A DNA stretch of 62,956 nt, filler included, from Octopus bimaculoides (GCF_001194135.2; 10 parts of 8 records of this genome joined end to end with filler, not necessarily neighbours in it); one strand, 5' to 3'; positions 13,831 to 26,639 are shown, counted from the first letter of the whole stretch. Numbers and translations are program-made. The notes: generated by a model not told the origin, from the sequence alone.

Positions 13831-14224
13831 TAAGAAACATGAGAGAACTGTCGGATATTGTTGTGAAGAACCACCAAGAAAGGAAGTGGCTCCTTATGGC
13901 CTCACCTGTTACGTAGATTACCTTGAATATAAAAAGGAAATAATACAAAGCCAAAACATATTATATCCATTCCTAAGACACACGAAGCTGCACTCAATAA
14001 TATAGTGACAACATGCAAAAACTATACGATTATTGAACAGCGTCTTGCATTGAGGATTTGCCTCTAGCTCGTTCTGTCAAATAAAGTGAAAAGTTATTTA
14101 ACTACTCTGTTCATGGCACATAACTCCTGACCGACGCTGGAGAACTCTTTCTTTATTTAGAATATAGCTAGGCGAAAATAAGTTGATAGATTGATTTCAA
14201 ATTTTGGAACAAGGATAGATATCA

Positions 14225-14410
14225 ATTTTGGGGCAAGGATAACCTGACAGTAATGATCTAGTGCTTAACCGATACTGAATTTATTTACCCCGAACGGGAT
14301 GAATAGTAAAGTGGACTTCGGCTGAATATGAATTCAGAGCGTAAAAGACAGACGAAATGCTGCAAAGTATTTTACCCAGCGTACTAATGATGCTCCGAGC
14401 TCGTCGCCTT
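14225..14410 (-). mobile_element. SINE family A, diverged copy
   Basis: Ends in GAGCTCGTCGCC (reverse complement of the head) and carries the family central block. Confidence 0.65.
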
Positions 14411-14619
14411 AGGTATGTTGATATATTAAAAGATAAAATTACAGTTTTTTGTGGACTTCTGTGGAGAGATGGAACATATGAGAGTATTCCACATCGAACT
14501 ACGTTTATATTGCATAATTGTTCATTTTTGTGGCTATGTGCAAATGTTATACATAAAATCACAACCGATTTAATGTACTTTCTTATCGTTTGTGTAAATC
14601 TCCCAGAGTTCTTCATATA

Positions 14620-15095
14620 AGGCTCTTTGTTAAATGCCTTGAAGGAATCAACTCATGTCATGCGCAGATGCTTCATTCTTCTACAGTCTTTTTCTATGTT
14701 TTGTTGAGCTGTAATATATCTTGCCAAACATAGCTTCTGCAGTTTTAATGTTGACTTTTTTCAACCAGGTCCATTTATATATATTTATTTATCAACTGTG
14801 AGAAATTATTAAAATTGCTGACTGACCAAGGATACAATTACTGACTGGCTTTCTGAACGACATCAATCCCCAGGACACAGAGAATATAAGTTATTAAATC
14901 TACAAACAACTGGTATTATAATAATGTCGCAGTTGATAAATAGGCATCGATAAGAAGACATGACATCAAACATGATTGCCGCAGAAGCTATGTTTGGGGA
15001 GTTATATTACTCATCGACAAAGCTATTGATAAAGACCGTAGAAGGAGAATGACCTATACTGATTTTCTGAAAGCATTTTAACAGTGTACCTGAGA
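14620..15095. mobile_element. Two decayed CR1-like RT remnants in inverted orientation
   Basis: Plus copy (about 14915-15095) reads HDCRRSYVW..YTDFLKAF-NSVP. Minus copy (about 14620-14815) reads NCRSYVW..VDSFKAFNKEP. Both echo the HGF..RSC / Y.DF.KAFD.VP RT motifs and share GCAGAAGCTATGTTTGG. Confidence 0.45.
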
Positions 15096-15437
15096 TGAAG
15101 ATCTCTGGTGGCAATAATCAAGAATAAAAAAAAAATATTAAGGATAAAATAAACTAAGGACAATATAACGCAACTAAGGACAATATATACGCAAAAATTT
15201 ATAAAATATACAACTATTAACCCCGTTAAAAATTGAGTGCTTGCATACATTTCCTCTCTATGTAGCACTTCAAAAACAGCTGCATTTTATTTCATAATAT
15301 ATCAACATATGCACAATATATCTTTGGCTAACTTCTTTCTAAATATAGAACAACTCTTCTTACGTAGGTCAGCATATATGTGTAATAAATAGAGTGTTTA
15401 AAGAACGTTTGATGCAGGTTAGCAGAACTCACTCTAC

Positions 15438-15525
15438 TCAAAGTGTGAATATAGACTTATCAGCTTCTACAGCTTCCATACTAACCTTTGAATCAGGTCT
15501 TTCTATAGATATTTGTTTATCAGTT
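15438..15525 (-). CDS. Candidate terminal coding exon, unknown protein
   Basis: TTTGTATTTAG acceptor, then a phase-2 frame TDKQISIERPDSKVSMEAVEADKSIFTL ending in TGA. No homology recognised. Confidence 0.3.
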
Positions 15526-16477
15526 CTAAATACAAAGGATTACTTGAAAATCTACTGTGTTCCATGTAAAGCTATTTGGATGGGAGATCATCTTGAGCCA
15601 ACATCGGTGAGTGGTATTTATCAACACATCAGTCCAGCAACGTCACATCTCGGTCACTGGTATTATTAGATTTCGCAGATGACCTGATTTAATGTGTGTG
15701 AAAATGGGAAGTACGTCTAAGGTCAAAACACCACTCTACTTGCTTCAATATTATTATCATTGTCATCTCCATATTGTTTCCATTCTTTTCAAAAGCTGTC
15801 ACAGCTTCTGATCATAGCAATATTCAGGGGACATATTGAAAATTTATCATGTAATTTAGGAAGACAGAGAGCTGGAAATTATCTCATTATACTGGATCTT
15901 TACAATCACTTTCGTGATATGGAGAGAAAGGCTCTTTCGAAGAATATGCGAAAAGTGAATGCTAACAGTAGAACATGCATATAGTGTACGTATATATTAA
16001 AACAATTGTCCAACGTAATAATTTCCGTATTCTCCCTCTCCCGCTGTTTCTCTCTCTTCACACAAATACAGAATCATGCACACGCATGCACACACACACA
16101 CACACACACAAACACACAAACCCCAACTACAAACACACAGACAGACAGACACACACACACAGACACACACACACACACACACAAACACACATATATATAT
16201 ATATGATAATCACAGTGTATGTCAGCTTAAATTGGTTGCATACATGTATGAATGTGAGTGTATATTTCTGTGAATGGTATTGTATTTTATTACTAGTTTC
16301 CAATATAATTTTATCTCTCTTGGTGCTCGTCCGCAGAGCATTTTCATGTTTATTCTTGCACGCGCTTTATTATTCAAAAATTCATTCAATCACAGAGATA
16401 CGTAAATTCATTTCCTCATTTTCAGAAAATTATTCATTTCTTTCAGTGTACGCCTTACTATTCATCCTTTATTTCTT

Positions 16478-16538
<61 letters not shown>

Positions 16539-16639
16539 NNNNNNNNNNNNNNNNNNNNNNNNNNNNNNNNNNNNNNNNNNNNTTAATTAATTAANNNNNN
16601 NNNNNNNNNNNNNNNNNNNNNNNNNNNNNNNNNNNNNNA

Positions 16640-17124
16640 GTTGGAAGAAGGCAGTCAGGGTCAAATGCTTCTTTTGGCTGTCACCACACGTATACTCGAC
16701 CGGTGGTCGGAAATAAGGTAAAGGATGACTCGTCCGAGAAAATAACATTCTTCCACTGCTTTAGGGACCAATTATATAGGTTTTTACTCCATTCTAAACG
16801 CTTTGCAACGTTTGTTTTTGAAAGTAGTGGTTTTCTGATTGCAGCCCTCCCGTGAAATCCGGTTCTGTGTAATTTTGAGAGCTGTACTTTTGTGATCCTT
16901 TCTACCAATTTGCGTAAGAGTTCGATTGTCCTTGTCTGAATATTTTGGTTTTCTTCCGGAGATTTGTTTCGACGAGGAGGTTTATCCCTCTTTCTCAAAG
17001 GCTGTCATTACTTTCGAGACAATACTTCTTGATACACGAAACATTTCGGCTGTTTTCGTTACGCTAGCGCCTGCCATCGAGCACCAACAATTTGACCTCC
17101 TCGAAAGTCCGATAGATCTGTCAT
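16640..17124 (-). mobile_element. Tc1/mariner transposase pseudogene (N-terminal half)
   Basis: Starts MTDLSDF (ATG at 17124), continues GFHGRAAIRKPLLSKTNVAKRLEW..WKNVIFSDESSF..GRVYVW*QPKEAFDPDCLLPT. This covers the Tc1 DNA-binding region and first catalytic Asp, with an internal deletion, frameshifts and a stop. Runs into a gap. Confidence 0.88.
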
Positions 17125-17954
17125 TTTAATGATTTTTAATTACCTTTTTCCGATGATAACTGAAAAGAAACAGCAATTTTGGCGAAACATATTAAGCAAC
17201 ACTAATAATAAATAAAAAAAACATAAAAATAAATATGCTTTTGACGGTTTTATAGATATTTCAAAATGATGNNNNNNNNNNNNNNNNNNNNNNNNNNNNN
17301 NNNNNNNNNNNNNNNNNNNNNNNNNNNNNNNNNNNNNNNNNNNNNNNNNNNNNNNNNNNNNNNNNNNNNNNNNNNNNNNNNNNNNNNNNNNNNNNNNNNN
17401 NNNNNNNNNNNNNNNNNNNNNNNNNNNNNNNNNNNNNNNNNNNNNNNNNNNNNNNNNNNNNNNNNNNNNNNNNNNNNNNNNNNNNNNNNNNNNNNNNNNN
17501 NNNNNNNNNNNNNNNNNNNNNNNNNNNNNNNNNNNNNNNNNNNNNNNNNNNNNNNNNNNNNNNNNNNNNNNNNNNNNNNNNNNNNNNNNNNNNNNNNNNN
17601 NNNNNNNNNNNNNNNNNNNNNNNNNNNNNNNNNNNNNNNNNNNNNNNNNNNNNNNNNNNNNNNNNNNNNNNNNNNNNNNNNNNNNNNNNNNNNNNNNNNN
17701 NNNNNNNNNNNNNNNNNNNNNNNNNNNNNNNNNNNNNNNNNNNNNNNNNNNNNNNNNNNNNNNNNNNNNNNNNNNNNNNNNNNNNNNNNNNNNNNNNNNN
17801 NNNNNNNNNNNNNNNNNNNNNNNNNNNNNNNNNNNNNNNNNNNNNNNNNNNNNNNNNNNNNNNNNNNNNNNNNNNNNNNNNNNNNNNNNNNNNNNNNNNN
17901 NNNNNNNNNNNNNNNNNNNNNNNNNNNNNNNNNNNNNNNNNNNNNNNNNNNNNN

Positions 17955-18242
17955 CTTTCGCCGAATCGCTAAGTTACGGGGACGCAAACACACCAGCATC
18001 GGTTGTCAAGCAATGTTGGGGGGACAAACACAGACACACAAACACATACACACACATATACATATATATACATATATACGACGGGCTTCTTTCAGTTTCC
18101 GTCTACCAAATCCACTCACAAGACTTTGGTTGGCCCGAGGCTATAGTAGAAGACACTTGCCCAAGGTGCCACGCAGTGGGAATGAACCCGGAATCATGTG
18201 GCTGGTAAGCAATCTACTTATCACACAGCCACTCCTACGCCT
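17955..18242 (-). mobile_element. SINE family B
   Basis: Head, body and part of the tail match 10801-11030 and 39878-40255. Confidence 0.9.
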
Positions 18243-18579
18243 GAATATATAGTAATGTTTATATGCCAATATAACGAGGCAATGCTATAAAGGACGATGT
18301 TACTGTTGTTTTAGCCTCAGGAAAACATCTTTTCCAGCTGGCTATCGACACACAGTTTGTGTCCGTATATAGCATTTCCAAAGGAGGTCATCGCTCCCAA
18401 CTCTAGCCTTAGGTGATACTCATTGAGCTAGGTTTCTGAATATTATCCGTCCTCAGTGTGAGATAACCACCAGCTAGTGAAGGAAGTTATCTCCACTCGC
18501 AAACACTATATTTTCTTTAAGTGACATACAGTCACTGATCTCGTGTCGAGAAAAAAACGTGTGTATGCGTATGTAAGAG

Positions 18580-18740
<161 letters not shown>

Positions 18741-19248
18741 GATTGAGAGACATACAATCAGAGACAGAGACAGACAGAGCGGATGAGATAGGGTCGAGGG
18801 AAGGAGAGAGGGAGCATAATGTGATGGATTTGGACGCTACTCTAGTTACTCGCATTCGTATCTAACAGAATCGTATGAGAGCTCTCCGAACGTAAAACTT
18901 GAATAGCAGATAAATCCTCAGTTTAAATAAACAGACATTTGTTTATCGAAGAACAGTTAGATGCAATAAACTTGGTAATAGAGTATGCATTTGATGGTGG
19001 TTATATGTATTTGATGACAGGGCTGAATTATATGGATGAGCATATGAACACACTCTACAAAATTGAATATATAAACACACACTGTAATGTATATCATGAC
19101 CGTTATATGATCTTCTCTTCTCATTTGGACTTGGTCCCAATTGCCATCAAACGATTGTTCTTCGCTCTCTGGAAACGGAGATAATTTCAATAAACCAAGA
19201 GTTTATACAGTTCTATATTTAAGAGATGAGGAATTATTTACATTATTT

Positions 19249-19405
19249 ACATTATTTACATTATTTACATTTGACGGATATTTGTCCTCATCTTATTTGT
19301 CGATAACACAACGTTTCTTCTGATATACTCTCAAGCCTTCATCAGGTGTCTTGGGGAAATTTCGAACCTGGGTTCGCATTCCTAAGGTATTTTTCGATGT
19401 TGTTG

Positions 19406-19436
<31 letters not shown>

Positions 19437-19459
19437 CATTATTATTATTATTATCATTA

Positions 19460-19514
<55 letters not shown>

Positions 19515-19606
19515 GAAGGCTGGAGATTATATCAGTCGATACGTTGTGTTAACAACAAACAAGATGAGGACAAATATTCGTCAAATGTAAATAATGTAAA
19601 TAATGT
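19249..19606. repeat. 94-bp inverted repeat around an (ATT)n tract; each arm carries a degenerate hammerhead motif
   Basis: Left arm 19249-19342 is the reverse complement of 19513-19606 with scattered mismatches. Confidence 0.9.
19305..19350 (-). ncRNA. Minimal type I hammerhead ribozyme motif (degenerate)
   Basis: GACAC-CTGATGA-A-GGCTTG..CAGAA-GAAA-CGT-T-GTGTT. Core is intact, stem I is GACAC/GTGTT, stem III is the palindrome ACGT, and the 3' arm of stem II is damaged. Confidence 0.6.
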
Positions 19607-19917
19607 TCAAGAGTTTATCTCACATNNNNNNNNNNNNNNNNNNNNNNNNNNNNNNNNNNNNNNNNNNNNNNNNNNNNNNNNNNNNNNNNNNNNNNNNNNN
19701 NNNNNNNNNNNNNNNNNNNNNNNNNNNNNNNNNNNNNNNNNNNNNNNNNNNNNNNNNNNNNNNNNNNNNNNNNNNNNNNNNNNNNNNNNNNNNNNNNNNN
19801 NNNNNNNNNNNNNNNNNNNNNNNNNNNNNNNNNNNNNNNNNNNNNNNNNNNNNNNNNNNNNNNNNNNNNNNNNNNNNNNNNNNNNNNNNNNNNNNNNNNN
19901 NNNNNNNNNNACACACA

Positions 19918-19959
<42 letters not shown>

Positions 19960-20288
19960 CACACTCACATCCGCGTATGCATCTTCCATCGAAAATATTT
20001 GACACTGAACGTCCTTCGAAGTTCGGAATGGTTGTATATTTGCATTTATGAAATGAGCTCCGAGGGCAATGATCTCCAAGCCTAAGCATGTATTTCATAT
20101 ATATTTATATATATATATATATATGTATATCATGTGGGTAGTGTCATAATACAGCAGTGTCACACTGTGTAGTGCACAAAACATGCTTGTTTTGACGGTC
20201 TTTGACGATAAATTTGAGCCAATGTAACGGGCTTAGGCAATCTCAAACTCGAGCGAGTGCCATCATTCCCAAGCACTATGGGTCTTAC

Positions 20289-20396
20289 ATATCGACTGCA
20301 TCAGATGCATTTCGTTCGGATAAATTCCATCTGTAGTGCTTCTTTTTCGTGAAATGCTTTCGCATTTCGACATTTTAATCTTGAGAAACTGGGCTT
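20289..20396 (-). CDS. Candidate 108-nt internal exon, unknown protein
   Basis: CTTCCTCCTTTCTGATTTTAAG acceptor and GTAAGA donor; phase 1-1 open frame AQFLKIKMSKCESISRKRSTTDGIYPNEMHLMQSI. Confidence 0.33.
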
Positions 20397-20679
20397 CTTA
20401 AAATCAGAAAGGAGGAAGCTAATTCGAAGACTACAGGTCCAATCCATCACTGGCTCTGTAAAAATCTGTATAACTTTTCAGAAGTTTATCATTTAAATAT
20501 GTATAAGCATATCTATATGCATGAAAATACATACATAAAACATACAAATCTGCACATACATACATACATACATACATACATACATACATAATACATACAT
20601 ACATACATACATACATACATACATACATACATACATACATGCATGCATACATGCATACTTACATACATAAATACATACA

Positions 20680-20900
20680 AGCAAACAAATAAAAATACCC
20701 TGTTGTCGATGTTGAAATTCCAATGAAGGAGCCTTGGATCTAGGTTAGAGACCGGTTCTTTCTCTATTGGCAAGAAATCTTGAAATAAACTGAATAATGA
20801 CATACACACATGCAAAAATACCCTGTCGATGTTGTCGAAATTTAAACGAAGGAGCCTTGGCAAGAAATCTTGAAATAAAACTGAATAATGACATACGCAT
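20680..20900. repeat. Dispersed repeat family D: one full copy plus an internally deleted tandem copy
   Basis: CCCTGTTGTCGATGTTGAAATTCCAATGAAGGAGCCTTGG..GGCAAGAAATCTTGAAATAAACTGAATAATGACATAC recurs at about 20811-20900 and 33330-33470. Confidence 0.85.
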
Positions 20901-22859
20901 GTACATTTTCTGTACAGACACAAGTACCACCGTTTGGAATACTTCTTTGGACCGTAGAGGAAACCCGCTCTATAGATATTAAATCAAATTGTGTATGCTT
21001 GTAAGTTCAGTCAGAAACTTTAACATATGTTAAGAAAAGGGCGCTTGTTTTTTTACTAGAAAAAAGAAAAAAGTTGGAGTATTGTTTAAAAATAGTTCAG
21101 ATAGACTTTGAGTACTGTATGAAATTACTTGGACTGCATTTGTTAAATATCAGAAGCAAAAATAGATATATCAGCCAAATCCTAGAAAGTGAAAAGAACA
21201 TTTTTCCGGATCCATAGGGAACTCAAGACATGTTCACTTCCCCATGACCTCCCTATGACTTTCGCAGTACCTCAACGAATACCTGGAAGAGCAACATTCC
21301 ACTTACTACAAAAAAGGATTATTCATGGTTATGTCTGCTATGATGGTGAGAAAAATGATAATATTGATTTCAAATTTTGGCACAAGAGATAGAAAAACAA
21401 AGTCAACCTTAGCAGCATGAACTGTAGCTTCTGTTGGACTTGCCGCTGTCATAGCATGTCTCACGGTGTAACTAACTAACTAACTAACAAAATAGAGACT
21501 GAAGCCTTTTCACTGTTGTATGAAACTACTCGGACTGCAACCTAAATAGCCTATTATGCCACACTTCTCTGGGAATCATTGAGTAGTTGCCCACCGCCTT
21601 CCAGTCATAGTCTTACTTCTCATAACGACCTGATGTTGCTAAAACATCAAGTCGCAATGGGAGAAACACTGCCGTTTGTAAGAAAGTCTGCTATGGGATA
21701 AATATAGGCAAAATTCCCGTTATTGAATATATACTTATTAATACAAGGAATATTAGTGGAATATTTCAATAAAAACTTCTGCCAAGTGCAAACATAATAG
21801 GCCGGATATAATTATTTGAGACTGAAAAGAAAAGTGGTGCGTATAGAGGTCAGCTGCACTCTAGCTATAAACATTTTTTTTCAAAATCAGTAATGATGAG
21901 AAGATTTATGGATAAGTGGTTCCAAACCAATAGAATCACTACTATGATAATAAATCGACATCGATACCGATAACACTATGTAACACGGTTTTTGTTCTTC
22001 AGTAGTGACTGTTGTTTCCTGTTTGCTCATCCATAGAAAGTTTGAAAAATGGTAAATACTTCCTTCAAATTTTGCTTTTCTTATATTTATTCAAACCTCC
22101 AAAGGATCCCCCGCAGCATATGGCTATGATGCCCTCAACCACTACTCCTGCTCATGATTAGAGTTGCTGTTATTGTCAGCTACTAAGTGACATATTCAAG
22201 TGGTTAAGGTCAAGCAACTGACAAGCAAATCTGTGGTATTGAGAAGAATATTTGCTATAACGATATTTCTGCTTCAGCAACTCAGCACTGAATGTGTCTG
22301 AAATGTAATGGGAAATATATATATATATATATATATATACATACATACATACATACACACTACATAATATAAAACAGATATTTTTAGTGAGAGTTGTTAA
22401 TGGTCGTGTCAAACTTTCAACATATAAAGTGATCGATCAAACAGTATTCTAAGGTTTGTAGAATGAGTAGAAAGGGGATTCTGTGGAAGTTCAATAAGAA
22501 TATCAATGAATAACTGCAAAAAGAGTGAGAAACTGAATAATACGTTGGCTTCGACCGGATTTGTTTGGTACTCTGAACCGTATGTTACTAAACATAAGGA
22601 TTTCTTAATTACTAACAAAACTGGGAGACTTAGATTCGTTATTGCAACACAATTCAGAATCTCGTTTGTTGTTTTGTCTGCTTGTTTTGGAGGATGAGGT
22701 TCTCAGGCTCTCAGAGAACTGTGAAGTTGATAGCGTTAACGTTTTTTCTGAAATAATTGTAAATTGACGGCTACCGGAAAAATATCGTGCAGTAATGAAT
22801 TCTAAAGACCAACGGTCTGGACGGAAAAACTAGGTCTTATGTCAAATACAATATAGTTG

Positions 22860-23440
22860 ACATTCTTCAAAAGAATTACCAAGAAGTTCAAAGGGATATT
22901 ATGAACAAGTTCAAAGGAATTATCAATAATTTCAAAAGAATTATCAAATAGTTGTAAGGCATTACCCACTAGTTCAAAGGAATTATCAATAAGTTCAAAG
23001 CAATAATCAGCTAGCTCAAATGCATTATCAACTAGTTCAAAGGAATTATCAACAAGTTCAAAAAAATTATCAACTAGTTCAAAGGAATTATCAACAAGTT
23101 TAAGGGAATTATGAAGTAGTTCAAAGAATTATCAACTATTTATTTCAAAGGAATTGTCAAATAGTTCAAAATAATTATCAACTAGTTCAAAGAAATCATC
23201 AATACTTTCAGAGGATTCATCGATAAGATCAAAGGAATCATCAAAATATTGAAAGGCATTAGTTAGTTCAGATGTATTACGAACAAGTTCAAAGGAATCG
23301 ATAACTAATTCAAAGGAATTATCAGTTAGTTCAAGGAATTATCAGCTAGTTGAAAAGAATTATCAATAACTTCAAAGGAATTATCAATAAATGTAAAAGA
23401 ATTATCAATAATTTCAAAGGAACTGCTAATTAGTTCAAAT
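22860..23440. repeat. Degenerate 21-bp minisatellite, about 27 units
   Basis: Consensus AGTTCAAAGGAATTATCAACT repeated in tandem with substitutions and a few indels. Confidence 0.92.
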
Positions 23441-24639
23441 GTTTTCAGCATCGGAACACATCAAAATTGAATGCAAGCATTTTTTTACATCTTTCCTAAC
23501 TGATTGATTTTGGAGAAAACTTATAAGTATTTGCTCTTGTTATTTCCTATATGTAATTAGTTCATTAGACGTCATACCGTTTTATTGTCTGTGGATATGA
23601 ATAGAAAAATCTATAATCCAATCATAATATATGTAATTTACACGTTAATTCACTTGGCATGCTTTGCATACTGTCTCAGTTCCTTATACTACCGGGTCTG
23701 GTGTGTGGCTACACCATTTTTATAGGTGACCATGTGAAGCTCATGAGGAATCCTCTATGAGATTGAGATTGACCTACCTACTAGAAAGAGTGACCAAATT
23801 TGTTCCATATCACACTCAGCCCTCCTTTCAAAAGCATACAGTAGACGGCGTGGTGCAAGAACATTCTATCTTAAAAACAAGGAAGATGGGATGGTCCAAT
23901 GTTAGAAAGCTTTTAAATCATAGATCAACGACTACTATTTCCTGTTGTTTAGCTTGACTTTAAAGTTTTATTGTGCGTTATAATTCTACTTGGTGTGTTT
24001 ATTAATTTTCTTTATCTCTGATTGAGTGGCACTACGTCAATTACGGCGACAAGGGTTCCAGTTGATCAGATCAACGGAACAGCCTGCTCGTGAAATTAAC
24101 GTGTAACTAACACACTGAGGAGCATCAGAGGCAAGAGGTTGAAGTGTGTTGGTGCGTGTGTCTCTCTCATTTAAATGAATTTCTTTCTTTGGGATGCTCT
24201 CTGGGATGTTTGTGTGTGTAGCAGCAGTACTGTTTCAGATATGTGAGAAGTAGATAATATGTAAGGAGATAGTGACTGTCCTCAAATCAAGAAATCCATG
24301 GCCACGAAGAGGAAGTTTACTTCTTTCGGATATATATTTTGCTATTTTATGTATGTGGGCTCGTCAGAGAAGATCATCATTTGAAGCGACTTTGACTTTT
24401 AGTTGGATACAACGATTAGTGCAAGTCTGGAAGAGGAAACACGAATGAATAAAGAGGGGAAAAAAGACAGAGATGTCTAGCGAATTTCATAAAACAGCAA
24501 ACTGACAGCTAATAATATCTTTATTAGCAGGCATTGGAAATAAATAAAACCCTGGAAATTGAAAAGTATATGATATACACTTCCGTACACTCATTTCCTC
24601 ATTGCAAAGAGACAAAGGCTTCTTTCCTTGATACTTATC

Positions 24640-25920
24640 TGCTACTATTGCAGTTATTCGTATTTACCTAACACAGTAACTGTTTATCTATTTATCATTC
24701 TGGATTATGGATAAGTTCCTGACACCATCCTTCTCTAAAGTCATTGCCGTCAATGAAAGTTTGCATTCTACTCATACCAAAGATGTTGATTCAAAAACAA
24801 TGAATTGCATAACTTAACTCCCTGTGACTGTAAGTATTATCACCTTTTCGAATCACCGATCGACACATAGATATCTCAAAGACCCGTGAAATTATTGTTA
24901 CTTCATACCTGGCTTTAACACACTATCACAGTCTGTGTACCTATCGAACCGTTCGATTACTGCCTAATTACAGCTAACCATCACACACCAACATACCAAC
25001 ATACTCTAAACCACTCCGGCTTCCCAAACTTTACGACCGCCAACTGGGCTGAGTACTGCTTTTAGGGATATTTAAAATACTTACAGGCGAGGGATGAAGC
25101 TTATTTATTGGAGATATTTAAATTACTCCCAACATAAGCAGTTTAACTATCCATAGCTCGTTCAAATAAGCCAGTGGTAAAGTTAGTAGTTAAGGGTAAA
25201 TGCACTTCGCCTCTGACATGCTCGTATTCTTTACAGAGCCGTAGCTAATATAACTCTAAATCTGGAGGGGTCAGTCAAAGCTGCGCTGTAGCAGTATAGA
25301 TGAAGAACACGGTCTTTTACACTCTGAAAATAGCACCAACTTCAATCATCGGCAAGATTATCATCCAAACAAGCAAGACGTATTTTCGTTCACGGCAGAT
25401 TGGAAGCTCTCCTGCGTTCCAAATTGCAGTCTGTCTTTTTGGTCACTCAACTGATATGATATCTATAAATGCTTACAGGAATCTCCCTACAGCTATTCGT
25501 AACTAGTTTAAATAGGTAAGAGATAAAGTTTGTTTATTAGGGCTATTAAAATTACGCCTGACAGAAACAGTTTAACTATCCATAACTCGTTTAACTAGGC
25601 TAGTGGTAAATCCCACAAGATAATCTTGTGAGCCATACTTCTGCAAAGAAGTCCTCTACATTTCCTCTCCACTTTGCATCTGACTCCACATCATACACAC
25701 TCGACAAAACTCCACCAAAACTTTTCTTCCTCAACCCACTTGTACCACCACTACGTCCACATTATGCCATATCTGGAAATATTACTGATCATTTCAAGCC
25801 AATAAGACTATCCATGCAAAGACTTCTAACAAACCCGTTTCAAGTTAACTCTTGACTACCTGAATTTTGATTTTATATAACCTGCAAGAATTGCCTGAAT
25901 CTGCTTCTATATTAGCTCTG
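24640..25920 (+). mobile_element. Very old CR1/L2-group LINE remnants
   Basis: Faint similarity to the RT region near 24700-24900 and to the 3' region (LVPPLRPHYAISGNITDHF..RLLTNPF) near 25700-25900. Weak. Confidence 0.3.
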
Positions 25921-26424
25921 CCTTTTTTTTTTTGGTTTTACATCATTCCTCTCTGACTTACGTAAATCGATAATTACATATGTTTACAACACACGACGCG
26001 TTAATTGCATAAAACATGTGAAGTGTACAAAATTGAAAGCTGATCTGAAAATCTGAAAAATAAAAAAGTAAAAAACAATATGTTACAAAAAAGTGATGCT
26101 TGCACCATTCGAGTTACGTGACATATTACATATGAACATAAACAATATTTGTATGGAATTGTATGAAAACCGCTCATACATCAGTTTGAATTATGTGACA
26201 TTTTATACACAAGCATAAGGTAGACAAAGCATCAATTCACTTAAGGAAAACAGGTTTTCAAGACTTCTTTTCAAATTTATTGTTGTTTTTACTACTACTA
26301 CTACTACTACTACTACTAGTCTATCACTATCATCAACATCATAATCATCGTCGTCATCATAGTTGATGTAGTTGCAGTTGTTGACGTGTTGTGGCAAATT
26401 AAAGAAATTATTATTACTATTATT

Positions 26425-26545
26425 CCGACGAGGTCGGCTTTACCTTTTATCCTTTCGGAGTCGATAACTTAAGTACCATTGAAACACTGGGTCTATGTAA
26501 TCGACTTATCTCCTCCCCCAAAATGGCTGCCCTTGTAAAATTTGA
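26425..26545 (+). mobile_element. SINE family A, central and 3' part
   Basis: GAGGTCGGCTTTACCTTTTATCCTTTCGGAGTCGATAACTTAAGTACC..CTCCTCCCCCAAAAT. Confidence 0.7.
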
Positions 26546-26639
26546 AACCATCATTATTATTATTATTATTACTATTATTATTATTTTGATTATTATTGCT
26601 GTCGTTGTTGTTGTTGTTGATGATGATGATGTTTTTATA

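Noticed and set aside
15023-15268. Hydrophobic 81-aa ORF as a GPCR or transporter segment
   Set aside because: It overlaps an A-rich stretch with a 16-bp duplication and the antisense of a CR1 remnant; no family motif.
21612-21685. 74-nt AG/GT-bounded frame QTFLQTAVFLPLRLDVLATSGRYE
   Set aside because: Its phase (0 to 2) does not fit the neighbouring candidates at this position, there is no recognisable homology, and such hits are expected by chance.
22860-23440. Regular short repeat as a possible CRISPR array
   Set aside because: Units are directly adjacent with no unique spacers, no cas genes are present, and the DNA is eukaryotic.
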